64,000 nt of DNA from an uncultured bacterium (lineage in GTDB: Bacteria > Verrucomicrobiota > Verrucomicrobiia > Limisphaerales > UBA8199): assembly GCA_963749495.1 (NCBI GenBank), contig CAVVMW010000014.1, positions 128,001 to 192,000 on the forward strand. The letters are read 5' to 3'. How positions within the stretch are numbered: the stretch's first letter is position 1; every line of letters starts with the position of its first letter. A program made the position numbers and the translations under genes. A model generated the notes under the pieces. It saw only the letters and a program-made list of their open reading frames with translations. It ran no database searches and had not been told where the DNA came from. Shown one piece after another: positions 41,534-52,700 of this stretch.

Positions 41534-43008
41534 GGTTGGGGAGAGGGCGGGTTGGGGTCATAGGGACTCAAGTCGGCCGGGGGCAGGTCCAGTTCCAAGA
41601 GGTCCTGCCGGCGGGTCAGGTGCAAGGGCGAGGGCGCCACGGCGTGGCGCTCGCGTTGTTCCAACAGGTTGGCGATGTATTCGCAGCCGTACGCATCGAA
41701 GGTCAGGGCGTCCTGGAGGGCGCGGGCCACTTTATCGGGGCCGTAGAGTTGGCTCAACGCGACGATCTTTTGGATGTGATGGGGAGCGTTGAAGCGTTTT
41801 TCCCGGAGTTTACGGCCGTAGAGTTCGGCCTGCGGTCCCAGGCTCAGGAACGCTTGCAGGCAGGTTTGGTCGCGGGCGCGGTGACGCTGCGTCAGGAGTT
41901 CCTGGATATGGTCGGGGTTGCGGATGTCCTGGCGGCGGTCGTAGCCGCGCAGGTGGGTAGCGATCAGCTTTTCGTGGTGATAGCAGAGCACTTGGTCAGG
42001 ATAGATTTTGAGGCTCAGTTGCTGGGAGGCATAGAGGTGAGGCACGGTGTAGCGATTGGTCTCAAAAACGACGCGGCAACAACTGTTGGCGCTGGTGGGC
42101 CGGACGACTCCGCAGTCATAAGGACGGAGCGGCAGGGCTTTGAGCAGGGGCTTTTCCTGAGCAAACCGTTCCAGGGGTTTGACGTGGGTCTCGCCGTGGA
42201 TACGCACGTTGGCCACGGTATCCTGCCACTGCCGGGCGGCGGGATTGACGGCCTCGAAGGAGGGGATCTGCAAACCGCTCAGGAAGTTCTTTTTGACGTA
42301 GCCCACGCCATTTTCCACGCGCCCTTTTTCGTTCGCCTTTTTGACCTGGCAGGCGACGGGGACGAAGCCATGGTGGGCGGCGAAGTCCAGGTAGCGCGGG
42401 TTGAAACGGGCCGCAGCGCCCAGCGGATGTTCGAGCACCCCGACCTTGAGATTATCGATCATGACTTTAGCGGGGATGCCCCCGAAGAACTCGAAGGCAT
42501 GGCGGTGGCAGGAGAGGAACTGTTCCATGCCTTCGGAGAGGGTAAACTCCACATAGATGAGGCGGCTGAAGCACAGGACCATCACGAAGAAGCTCAAGCG
42601 CCGTCTGGTAGAGCCGACGGTGACGGAGCCGAAGCTGCCCCAATCGACCTGCGCGCATTCCCCCGGAGCAAACTCCAGCATCAGGAAGGCGGGTTTGCGC
42701 ATCGGGCGCACCAGGCGGACAAACTCCTTGAGGATGCTGTAACCGCCAGCGTAGCCCTGGGGTTTGAGTTCCTGGAGGATTTGCTGAGCGCTGTAAGGAT
42801 GACGTTCCAGCAGGCCAACAATCCGGCCCTTGAACGCGTCGAGCTTACTGGGGCGTTTGCCGCCTCGGCGTTGGTGATAGCTGGTCTGCTCCGCCCACTT
42901 GGCGACGGTTTTGGGGTCCAGTTGAAGTTCCACCGCAACCTGGGCGGCAGTGAGATGCTTTTCATCCAAGAGCACTCGAAGCTGGCAGAAGGTGGGGTAA
43001 TCGATCAT
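41530..43008 (-). CDS. istA: IS21 transposase
   Basis: PGECAQVDWG, FGGIP..VMIDNLK, EKGRVENGVGYVK. Confidence 0.96.
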   Translation of the reverse strand: MIDYPTFCQLRVLLDEKHLTAAQVAVELQLDPKTVAKWAEQTSYHQRRGGKRPSKLDAFKGRIVGLLERHPYSAQQILQELKPQGYAGGYSILKEFVRLVRPMRKPAFLMLEFAPGECAQVDWGSFGSVTVGSTRRRLSFFVMVLCFSRLIYVEFTLSEGMEQFLSCHRHAFEFFGGIPAKVMIDNLKVGVLEHPLGAAARFNPRYLDFAAHHGFVPVACQVKKANEKGRVENGVGYVKKNFLSGLQIPSFEAVNPAARQWQDTVANVRIHGETHVKPLERFAQEKPLLKALPLRPYDCGVVRPTSANSCCRVVFETNRYTVPHLYASQQLSLKIYPDQVLCYHHEKLIATHLRGYDRRQDIRNPDHIQELLTQRHRARDQTCLQAFLSLGPQAELYGRKLREKRFNAPHHIQKIVALSQLYGPDKVARALQDALTFDAYGCEYIANLLEQRERHAVAPSPLHLTRRQDLLELDLPPADLSPYDPNPPSPQP

Positions 43009-43406
43009 GGCCGACCTCCCGCCAAGGCCCGGCGCAGGATGTCGCCCACGCACTGAGCTTGCTCGCTGCGAGGTGCGTCCGGGGCCACCGGCTCGGAGGA
43101 GACCTCCGGCAGGGCCAGCACCTGGTAGAGAGGTTTTTGATAGGCGATGAGCCCGGCCCGCTCCAATTGCTGACGCGCTGAGGCCAGTTCCAACGGATCC
43201 AGCTTGAGCTGCCGCCCCAGGGCCGCCTCGGAGTAGTAACTCAGGCCTTGGGCGTCGCCGACAGTGACCAGGAACAGGTAGAGAGCCCAGGCCCGGTGGT
43301 CGCAGGTTTTCAGATGGTGGTGACGAATCAACCGGTGGTCCACCCAGCTAAAACTGCTGGGGACCTCACGGAGCCGATTGGGTCGGAGGAGACGTTTGAT
43401 GATCAT
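43005..43406 (-). CDS. Small winged-HTH-like IS21 passenger protein
   Basis: FSWVDHRL...ALYLFLVTVGDAQGLSYYS...ARQQLERAGLI; ATGA overlap with istA. Confidence 0.7.
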   Translation of the reverse strand: MIIKRLLRPNRLREVPSSFSWVDHRLIRHHHLKTCDHRAWALYLFLVTVGDAQGLSYYSEAALGRQLKLDPLELASARQQLERAGLIAYQKPLYQVLALPEVSSEPVAPDAPRSEQAQCVGDILRRALAGGRP

Positions 43407-43914
43407 AATCAGAACATGGTTTTTCGTTGCGTTGCTCTGGAAGCACCCGCCCCAGAATGATGCAACCCTGTTCTATCAGGCGGCGGATCAAAGGCTGGAT
43501 GTCATCTTGTAACGTACTGCCCGCAAACATCGAGAGCAGTCCGATAAACGCGGGCTCCTGTGCCAGGCAGAAATCTTGTAACGTACGGGGCAGAGGTCTC
43601 GGTACGTTACGAGATGTCTGCTCGGGGTTAACCGCTTCTGCCTCAATTGGTTGAGTGCCTTCAGACGCAGGGGTTTTCCGCTTCCAATACCCTGGATGAG
43701 CCTTGCGCCAAGCCCGCACCCGGTCGGTGCCTTCGCCCTGCCGAAAGTGCGAAAGATTTTTGGGTTGGCGATACCAGCGCCGCTGGCTGGCGAGCTTGCT
43801 GGCCCGGCGGCAATCCGGTTTTTCGCAGTAGCGTTGATGCTTCCGGTTCCGGTAATCCGGGAAGAAAAACGCGTTGCAACACTGGCACTTACGTCGCTTG
43901 GACTTTGGGCTCAT
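43366..43914 (-). CDS. Zn-finger-like IS21 passenger protein
   Basis: KCQCCNAFFFPDYRNRKHQRYCEKPDCRRAS...RVRAWRKAHPGYW. Confidence 0.7.
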   Translation of the reverse strand: MSPKSKRRKCQCCNAFFFPDYRNRKHQRYCEKPDCRRASKLASQRRWYRQPKNLSHFRQGEGTDRVRAWRKAHPGYWKRKTPASEGTQPIEAEAVNPEQTSRNVPRPLPRTLQDFCLAQEPAFIGLLSMFAGSTLQDDIQPLIRRLIEQGCIILGRVLPEQRNEKPCSDYDHQTSPPTQSAP

Positions 43915-44213
43915 CGCGCCCCAACAGCAACACAGCCGCCGAGCGGATCAAAACAAAACAATCGGCCCGAAGAAGAACCAAGGCGAAGAAGCAAGAAGAG
44001 CTCTCAGGAGAATAGCCGGAAGAAAAGACCAGGGAAGAAGAAGGGAATTTCAAACCAGCGGTTTTCCGGGAATATCACTCCGCCGCTGGCATTTAGTCCT
44101 GAATCAAATCTCGACGCCGGATGCATGAGCAAAAACACGAGAAAATGCGGATCGGGAAAGGAATCTATTTGGCTTAAAGTCTCTTCTAACAATACTGCCG
44201 AAAGGGGATGTCG

Positions 44214-44365
44214 CTGATAGGAAATTGCTTTTTTGCCGCCCAGCCGGTCAATGACGCTGCGCGGGTGAGGGAGAATTGGTTTCCGGTGTCACTCATTCTG
44301 CGCCCATGGTGCTAGACGGGAACGGGGGTGTCAAGCGGCAGATTTTGCCGGTTTTGGCCGGTTTC
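44214..44365 (-). mobile_element. oriIS-like end of the IS91-like element, with outward promoter
   Basis: Downstream of the transposase; TTGACA-17 bp-CACCAT; ends GCAATTTCCTATCAG. Confidence 0.6.
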
Positions 44366-44523
44366 GGCGCAGGATGGGGGTGCCGGAGGGTGGCCGCGCC
44401 TGAGGGCCGGCTCGGCGGCTGAAACTCGCGGGGCAGGGGTGCCGGCCGTGTGCCGAGCGGGCCGGGAAGATGCCCCCGCCAGGAAAAGGCCCGCCTCCGA
44501 ACCGGCCTTCCAGAGGACGATTC

Positions 44524-45300
44524 TCAGTCCGTGAGCACGTTTTCGTAGTCTGGGGTCGGATCCACGTCGTCACAGGGCTCGTAGGTGTAAGGCCCTGGAG
44601 TGGCAGGAGGGGCCAGGGCGGCGGGCGGATCGTGCCAGGCGCCGAGGTGGCGAAGGATCTTCTCGACCAGGCGCGGGTCGTCAATCACCGCGATGACGCG
44701 CATCGGGTTTTGGGAGACGGGACAGCGGAGGGGATCAGCATGCCAGACGCGGAGGATGAGGCCGCGCCATTTCTTGGAGGGCAGCTTCACCGGCGGTGGC
44801 GGTGAAATGCCCGGGCGGTGCGGGGCCAGTTCCGGCGGCAGCCCTCGGTGACGGACGCCGCGCATCTTGTTGCTGTACCAGCCGTAGTAGCGGACCATCT
44901 GGGCGCCTTTGTCGGGAATGTGCTGGGTGATGGCGGCCAGAAAGTCGGTGGGCGTAAAGACCTCGAAGTTGCGGTTGATCTTGGCATTGAGCCGGGAGCG
45001 GTAGATGACGGTGTCGCCGGGAGATTCCAGGGTCATCTTCTCAACGGAGAAGGGGTTGTGCAGGATGTATTGGGGAAGGTATTCGCCAAAGGTGTGAAGT
45101 GTCATGATAACGCCCGGCATGCCATTGGGGCAGTCAAGGGCCGTGCGAAGGTATTCGGTGAGGCTCTCGTGGGCCAGGGCGCAGAGCGGCTTGAGCAATT
45201 GGTAAGCCTCTGGGTAAATCTCCTCGAATTCGTCGTAGTGGCGGCGGGCGCACTGCCAGAGCGGCGACTTTTTCGGATTTCTGGCGCGATAAACTTGCAT
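44524..45300 (-). pseudogene. IS91-family (Y2) transposase with internal in-frame deletions
   Basis: DFLAAITQHIP...VRYYGWYSN...DPLRCP...KILRHL; Zn-binding domain and HUH motif (expected after HTFG) are absent. Confidence 0.8.
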
Positions 45301-45467
45301 TGAACCGGACGCCAGCGTAATGGCGACCTCTGCCATCGAACGTCACAGGTCCAAAAAGATGAGAGCCGGCACTCGCCCCCAATACCACAGGCCTGACGCC
45401 TGCCGGGAAAGCCCTTGCATTGTGCATTTTCGAGTGACAGCACGGGCGGGGCAGCCACAATGGGACC

Positions 45468-45548
45468 ATGCCGCGCCAACTGCGCATTCAGTTTCCGGGT
45501 GCCGTGTGCCATCTAATGAGCTGTGGGGATCGGCGCGATGACATTCAC
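45468..45548 (+). pseudogene. RAYT (Y1 HUH) transposase N-terminal remnant
   Basis: MPRQLRIQFPGAVCHLMSCGDRRDDI resembles 'MPRxLRIEYPGAxYHVMxRGxRRExIF'. Confidence 0.7.
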
Positions 45549-46374
45549 AAAGACCCGCCATTGCCGCTTCGCGGGCGGCCAAAATCCACCCCATTCGATA
45601 GCCGGCCCAAGCGTAAAAACTCCGCATTGTCCGAACAGTCCGCGCTGTCCCTGGACAGGAGCGGTGGAAGCTGCGCAAAGTGGCGTCCATGAGAAATTCC
45701 AGCTTTCAATCCCTCCAACTGGACGGCCGCCGCCCTGAGCGCATCGAAGCCGAGGCCCAGGCCAGGCAGGCCAATGCTCCCACCATGCCGCGAGCCCTTT
45801 GGCGGTTCTGCCCGGCGCGAAGCGCTCGTCTTCACTTTAGCCTTTCCTCCCTCCGCAGTCCCGATAGGATCGGGACGGAGGACGGGCAGCCTTTAGCCTT
45901 GTAAAATGCTCCTCCGCGAAAGAAAGTTGCCGCATAGTCCTCATAGTCCGCATAGTCCTTGGACGCCCAGGCTCGTCCGAGGCCAGACTTGCCGCATGAC
46001 GGTCAAGATGCGGGCCAGGACCCCCACAGGCCGGCCACCGCAGGAGGGCCACAGAGTTCATGAACCCCCATGCCCGCGAACCCTCGCGACTCCGGCACAT
46101 TGCGGCAGATTACCGCAAACCAACGCAAATTCGGGCAAATTCCCAGAAATTCCCAGAAATTCCCACAGATTTTCCCCATGTTCAACCGCGCCTCGGCAGG
46201 GTCAGGCCCGCCTGCGCATCGAGTGCAACGTGAGTTCGCACCCGTTGCGAGGCGCCTCGGAAAGTCTATGACGCTGGGCCACTGGCCGGGGCGTTGCTGG
46301 GACGCAGGCGAAGCGCGGAATGAGGCGCCCCACTCGGCCTTCCCAACGCGGCGGTGCTCTGCAAGACTTCTCCC

Positions 46375-46719
46375 ATGAGATTCCAAGTCCTCGTTGAAGA
46401 CCAGCCGCGTCCGGTCGAACTCATATTCGGGAGCGAGAAAGACGTGGCCAGGGTGAGCGGATGGCGCGCCCCGGCGGTGGCCCGCCAAAACCCAGCCGTG
46501 CGCGACACATTGGAATTCGCCCGACTCGCCTCCAAACGCTGGCGCCACTATCGCCGCTCCATTTCCACGGCGACCAGCATCGCTGAGTTCAGAGCGGTCA
46601 TCCGCCGCAACGAACAAGCTGAGGTTTCTTTCCTTCTCCTGGCGCGCGCTCACTGGTTCCCGTGCTCCTCCGCCCTCGGCCTTGCCCAATGCCGCCGCAC
46701 CTATTGCCATCAGCCTTGA
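46375..46719 (+). CDS. Hypothetical protein (possibly truncated)
   Basis: ORF with protein-like composition. Confidence 0.35.
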   Translation: MRFQVLVEDQPRPVELIFGSEKDVARVSGWRAPAVARQNPAVRDTLEFARLASKRWRHYRRSISTATSIAEFRAVIRRNEQAEVSFLLLARAHWFPCSSALGLAQCRRTYCHQP

Positions 46720-46744
46720 TATTCACCCGCCTCGGATCGACAGT

Positions 46745-47011
46745 ATGCCCATGACAAAAGCAGAGATGGTCAAACGGCTAAAAGAGGGTTGCGAGGCCGA
46801 GCCCTATTTTCCTGGCGTGCTGGGCAATCCTGTCACGTTCGCGGCGCGCTGGGGGCTGCGGTTGTCGAAAAGCTACGTCGCCCACTTGGCGGCCAGGCGG
46901 CGTGCAGACGCCAACGGCAAACCTGCTCGCGCCCGCCAGCGGAAGACTGCCAAAGGCGGACGATCCTCTGCGGCAGTGCATGGGTGTCGCCGAGGGCGGC
47001 GCGCATTTTGA
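46745..47011 (+). CDS. Small basic hypothetical protein
   Basis: MPMTKAEMVKRLKEG... Confidence 0.35.
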   Translation: MPMTKAEMVKRLKEGCEAEPYFPGVLGNPVTFAARWGLRLSKSYVAHLAARRRADANGKPARARQRKTAKGGRSSAAVHGCRRGRRAF

Positions 47012-47061
47012 CAGAGGCGCGGAATGACGAATGACGAATGACGAATGACGAATGGGGATCT

Positions 47062-47276
47062 CCGACCCGAAGGGCCGGCAGAGCCTAGCCCAGGGCTGAG
47101 GCCGCCTGGCCGATGCCCTGGGACCATGCCCCTGGAGGATTTAGGCGCGCCCTGAAAGGGCGCCAGAAGGGCTCTGGCGCCCTTTCAGGGCGCGGAGCCC
47201 GGGTTTGTGGCGAAACCCAGGGCATCGGCCTTGCGGCCTCAGCCCTGGGCTAGGTTCTGGCGGCCCGTTGGGCCGC
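47062..47276. repeat. Fully palindromic REP/MITE of about 215 bp
   Basis: cctagcccagggctgaggccgc...gcggcctcagccctgggctagg outer arms; gcgccctgaaagggcgc inner pair. Confidence 0.85.
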
Positions 47277-47333
47277 AAATCCCTCTCATTTTGGGATGGC
47301 CGAAACCTCGCGGGTCGGCTATACGCATGGGGC

Positions 47334-49553
47334 ATGACAATCCGACTTTCGACCCATGGCGTCTTGCTCGCGGCATTCGTCTCTGCCATTGCGGCCGCTT
47401 CGATGGCGGGGCCTGTCCCGCGGGTCCTGCCCGAAGGCAAGCAGCCCGATGACGCGCGGCTGCAGCCGCTCAAGGACCTGGACGGCTACTTTCCGTTCAA
47501 TCCGCCGGGGTCCAAGGCCGAGTGGGAGAAGCGCGCGGAACGGGTGCGGCGCCAGATCCTGGTCTCGGAAGGGCTGTGGCCCATGCCGACCCGGACCCCG
47601 CTCAATGCGGTCGTCCACGGGCGGATCGACCGCGGCGACTTCACGGTCGAGAAGGTCTATTTCGAGAGCGCGCCGGGCTTCTTCGTCACCGGCAACCTGT
47701 ATCGTCCCAAGCACGTTGCCGGCAAGGTGCCCGGAGTCCTGTTCGCCCACGGGCATTGGACCAATGCGCGGCTCTCGTTTGCGAGCGCCGACGAGTTGCG
47801 GCACGAGATCGCCGAGGGAGAGGAGCGGTTCGAGGAGGGGGGCCAAAGCCGCTTCCAATCGATGTGCGTTCAGCTTGCGCGCATGGGCTGCGTGGTCTGG
47901 CAGTGGGACATGCTGGGCAACTCGGATTCGCAGCAGCTTTCGCTGGAACTGGTCCACGGTTTCTCCAAACAGCGGCCGGAGATGAACACGACGGAGAATT
48001 GGGGCCTGTTCAGCCCGCAGGCCGAGGCGCACCTGCAGAGCGCGATGGGCCTCCAGACGTGGAACTCGATTCGCTCGCTGGACTTCCTGCTGAGCCTGCC
48101 GGAGGTGGATGCGGAGCGCGTCGCCGTCACGGGCGCCAGCGGCGGGGGCACTCAAACCATGATCCTCGCCGCCATCGACCCCCGCGTGAAGCTCTCCTTC
48201 CCGGCAGTCATGGTCAGCACCGCGATGCAGGGCGGCTGCACTTGCGAAAACGCCTGCCTCCTGCGCGTGGACACCGGCAACGTCGAGTTTGCCGCCCTGG
48301 TTGCCCCCAAACCCCAGGGCATGACCTGCGCCGACGACTGGACCAAGGAGATGTCCACAAAGGGCTTTCCCCAACTCAAGCAACTTTACGCCCTGATGGG
48401 CGCCCCGGATAATGTGATGCTCAAGCGCGGCGAGCACTTCCCGCACAACTACAACGCCGTCTCTCGTTCCGCCTTTTTCACCTGGCTCAACCGCCACTTC
48501 AAACTCGGCCTCGCCGAACCGGTCATCGAGCGCGATTACCAGGTCCTCAAACGCGAGGAACTCACCGTCTGGGATGAGCAGCATCCCGCCCCCAAAGCGG
48601 CCGGCCCCGCCTTCGAGCGCCAATTGCTGCGCTGGTTCCATGAGGACGCCCAGAAGCAACTCGCCGCCCAAGAGGCCGCGCCCGAGCGGTTCCGCCGGGC
48701 CTGCCTCGGCGGCTGGGACATTGTGCTGGGCTCCCGCTGGCCCGAGGCCCGTCCGGTGGAGTGCCACGTTGTCACTCAAACCGACCGCGGCTCCTGGAGC
48801 CAGGCCAGCCTGTTGCTCCGCAACGACACCTGCCACGAGGAACTCCCGGCCATCGTTTGCTCCCCCAAACAGGAAAACGGCCAGGCCCCCGACAACCAGG
48901 TCGTGCTCTGGCTCAGCGCCCAAGGCAAATCGGCCCTCTTCGCCCAGGACGGCTCGCTTGACCCGGGCGTGGAGAAACTGGTCAAATCGGGCGCGATGGT
49001 CGTGGGTGTGGACCTGCTCTACCAGGGCGAGTTTCTCGCCGACGGCAAGCCTTTGACGCGCACGCCGCAGGTCAAGAACCCGCGCGAAGCGGCCGCATAT
49101 ACGTTCGGCTACAACTACAGCCTGTTCGTTCACCGGGTGCATGACGTGCTCACGGTGATCAGTTTCCTCACCAATCCGCGGACCGCGCACCGGGTGAGCG
49201 TCGTTGGCCTGGGCGGCGCCGGGCCGTGGGTGGCGGCGGCGCGCGCGCTGTGCGGCAGCGCCATCGACCTGGCGATCATCGACACCGCCGGCTTCCGGTT
49301 TGGCGGCGTGCTGGACATTCACGACCCGAACTTCGTGCCCGGCGGGGCCAAGTACGGCGACCTGCCGGCCCTGCTGGCGCTGGGCGCTCCGGGCCGCACC
49401 TGGGTGGCAGGAGAGACGGAGGAGGGATTGGCCCTGGCGCGCGACCAATACCGGGCCGCCAACGCGGAGAAGAACCTAATGCCCATTGCTGCGCAAGGCC
49501 AGGACATCCGCGCAGCCGCCATCGAATGTCTGCTGCGCGGAGACGGGAGGTAA
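47334..49553 (+). CDS. Secreted acetylxylan esterase-like alpha/beta hydrolase
   Basis: EKVYFES.PG..VTGNLY, HGH, TGASGGGTQT, MQGGCTCEN, FPHNYN. Confidence 0.8.
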   Translation: MTIRLSTHGVLLAAFVSAIAAASMAGPVPRVLPEGKQPDDARLQPLKDLDGYFPFNPPGSKAEWEKRAERVRRQILVSEGLWPMPTRTPLNAVVHGRIDRGDFTVEKVYFESAPGFFVTGNLYRPKHVAGKVPGVLFAHGHWTNARLSFASADELRHEIAEGEERFEEGGQSRFQSMCVQLARMGCVVWQWDMLGNSDSQQLSLELVHGFSKQRPEMNTTENWGLFSPQAEAHLQSAMGLQTWNSIRSLDFLLSLPEVDAERVAVTGASGGGTQTMILAAIDPRVKLSFPAVMVSTAMQGGCTCENACLLRVDTGNVEFAALVAPKPQGMTCADDWTKEMSTKGFPQLKQLYALMGAPDNVMLKRGEHFPHNYNAVSRSAFFTWLNRHFKLGLAEPVIERDYQVLKREELTVWDEQHPAPKAAGPAFERQLLRWFHEDAQKQLAAQEAAPERFRRACLGGWDIVLGSRWPEARPVECHVVTQTDRGSWSQASLLLRNDTCHEELPAIVCSPKQENGQAPDNQVVLWLSAQGKSALFAQDGSLDPGVEKLVKSGAMVVGVDLLYQGEFLADGKPLTRTPQVKNPREAAAYTFGYNYSLFVHRVHDVLTVISFLTNPRTAHRVSVVGLGGAGPWVAAARALCGSAIDLAIIDTAGFRFGGVLDIHDPNFVPGGAKYGDLPALLALGAPGRTWVAGETEEGLALARDQYRAANAEKNLMPIAAQGQDIRAAAIECLLRGDGR

Positions 49554-49783
49554 ACGGTTGACAATTATGAGCGACATTTGATACAAGCGTATCGATCAAG
49601 AACCTGCCGGTTGCGTAAACTGGCGCGCGCCGTCAAGAGGCGATACTGACGCGAGCAATGGAAGGCAGCAATGGAGATGAGTGGACCAGTTTCTCAAGGG
49701 ATCGCAGGCAGCAACTTGGCCGAAAATAAATCGTCCATATCGTGAACGAACCGGGACAACCTAACAAGGAACCGACTACTATT

Positions 49784-52700
49784 ATGAAAGCACAGTGTAC
49801 CATTAGAACAAGATCGTTACTCGCCGGACTGCTGGTCTGTGCGATAACCGGGTGGCCAGGCCTGAGCCGGTCGCAAACCACCGACATCGCCCTTCAGGGC
49901 GTCGGCCTCCTGGGCTTTCAGGGGGCCGTGGACAGCACGCCGGGAACCCTGTATTTCCACGTCGGCAGCGCCGTTGACATCAATGACGGCGATCTGACCA
50001 CCCATGTGGATAATTGGAGCGGGGGTGTCCGAGGGACCAATGGGGTGAGCTTCGTGGGGATAGTGTGGCCCACCGTGCGCTGGGAGTCCGTCTCGAGCGT
50101 CACCGTGACAATGGCGGCGTTTGTTGACGGCGGCTGGTTCGGCCCCAATGGCCAGGGGCCGGGCGCCGGGGGCGCCTTGACCAGCGATTATTTGATCCCC
50201 CCGGTCGTTCAAGTCTGCACCAACCTCGTGAACACCAATTACGGCGTCGCCTGGGGCCTCCTTCCGGTCAACATCGGAATCGCCCCGACCAACGGAGTGG
50301 AAGCCACGAGCAAGTGGTTCACTACGAATGGAAACGGCATCCCCGTCTGGTCCACCGTTGCCTCCACCTCGGACTACATGAGCGGCCTCACCGGCCAGAC
50401 CATCGGCGGCGGCGCCAACCCCAACCCGCAGCCATTGACCTTCACGATCACCTTCAACACGCCGGTCACCAACATCACCGGCATCCGCGTCATCGGGCAA
50501 AATGGCGGCACTGCCGACACCTATGGCTTCCTCGGCATATTCGAACTCGACGTGGAGGGCAAGCTTATCGACACGACTGGCGACGGCATTGCCGACGCCT
50601 GGAGGGTGCGTTACTTCGGCCACCCCACCGCGCAGGCCGGCGACCTCTCGCGCGCCACCGACGATCCGGATAACGACGGACTGAACAATCTGCAGGAGTT
50701 CCAGGCGGGGACGGACCCACACAACCCGGACACCGATGGTGACGGCTTGAGCGATGGCGACGAAGTGAATACGTACTTCACCAATCCCGTCAACCCGGAC
50801 ACCGATGGCGATGGCTTGAGCGATGGCGACGAAGTGAACAAGTACAAGACCGATCCCCTCAAATGGGACACCGACGGCGACGACTTGAGCGATGGCCAGG
50901 AGGTCCTCGTTTACGGGAGCGATCCCCTGGTGTTGAGCACTGCCGGCAACGGTTACAGCGACGGCGCGATGGTCCAATTTGGCTGCTTTAAGCCTTATGT
51001 CACTCCCCTCAACACGAACTGCGTCCCCGACGACCTCGCCATAAGCGGCACTGGAATCCTGGGCGTCGAAGACACCACCGGCGTCGATACCGCCATATTC
51101 AATGCCGGCACAGCGAACGCCATCAACGACGGTGATCTCACCACCCACGTTGACAACTTTCCGGGAGGTTTCACCGTCGGCGCTCCATACAGCTTCGTGG
51201 GCATCCTGTTTTCCAACACGCTAACTTCAACCTCCGGCGGCTCCGTCTCCGGCCTGGAGTTGACGATGGCCACGTTCGTGGACGGCGGCTGGTTCGGCCG
51301 CCCTCAGGTAGGCCCGGGTGGCGGCGGAAGTCTCGGCTGGCAACAGTACGTAGGGTATCCTTACCTCGCCGCGCCGAAGGTCCAAACCACCGCCGATGGC
51401 GGCACCACCTGGAGCGACGTCCCCTCCAAGACCGATTACTATGTCTCCTTCAATGCCCACTCGATCGGCGGCGGAACCAATGGCAATCCGGACTTCTGCA
51501 CCGCCACTTTCTTCCTGCCCACGCCCGTCACCGGCATTAACGGCATCCGCATCCTCGGCACCTCAGGCGGAACCGCCGGCAACGGCGGGTTTATCGGGGT
51601 CTCGGAACTCGTGATTCACCCTTTTACCGATTCCGATGGGGATGGCATTCCCGACTGGTGGATGAGAAAGTACTTCGGCCACCCCACCGGCCAGACCAAT
51701 GACCTCTCGATGGCCAGCGACGACCCCGACCACGACGGGCTCACTAACCTGCAAGAGTACCAAAACGGCACGAACCCGCTCAAGGCCGACACCGATGGCG
51801 ACGGCCTCAGCGACGGCGACGAGGTCAACAAATACCACACCAACCCGCTCTCCATTGACAGCGACTCCGACGGCTTGAACGATTACCAGGAGGTCATGGT
51901 TTACCACACCGACCCCCTGAACCCGGATACCGACGGGGACCTCTTCCCCGATGGCCAGGAGGTCAAACTCGGCAGTGACCCCAACAACGCCGCCAGCGTG
52001 CCGGCAGACCTGGCGCTGCGCAGCGATGCCAGCGCGATTCTCGGGACCGAAGACCCCACCACCGGCACGGACACGCTGTATTACCAGGCGGGGGTCCTCG
52101 CCAACATCAACGACGGCGATCTGACGACCCACGTGGACGACTGGAACAACACCGGGACCGACCCCTGGAGCTATGTGGGAATCTTGTGGACCAACAGATC
52201 GGTGACCAATCCAATTGTCAGCCTGGAACTGGATATGGCGGCGTTCGTTGACGGCGGCTGGTTTGGAGTGAACAACGCCGGTCCCGGCCCGGGCGGCGTG
52301 CTCTCCAGTAACCAATACCTGATAGTGCCCTCCGTCCAGGCCAGCAGTGATGCCGGGACGACCTGGACCAACGTCCCGTTCACCTCGGACTACCTGAGCC
52401 GCCTGGACGGCGCGACTATCGGCGGAGGCACCAACCCCAACCCGACTCGGTTGACCTCCACGTTCACCTTGACCCCGCCCCTCACCAAGATCAACGGCAT
52501 CCGCCTGGTCGGTTCGGAGGGCGGCACCGCCAGCGGCGGGTTCCTGGGAGTGTTCGAATTTGAGGTGCTCACGCACGTAGCCCAGCCGGTCAAACTCCTG
52601 AATGTGGGCGCCGCCGCCGGCCAATTCCGGTTCGAGTTCGATTCGCAATCGGGCACTGTTTACGTGGTGCAATTCAAGTCTTTGCTGACGGACCCGACTT

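Larger units (their letters stand above)
40664..44091 (-). mobile_element. IS21-family element with two extra genes, 3,428 bp
   Basis: TIRs TGTCAGCGGCGG / TGCCAGCGGCGG; 5-bp TSD TTTAG at 40659-40663 and 44092-44096. Confidence 0.93.

Noticed and set aside
37480..45600. Accessory island as an integron cassette array
   Set aside because: No tyrosine integrase and no convincing attC (RYYYAAC...GTTRRRY with L boxes) seen.
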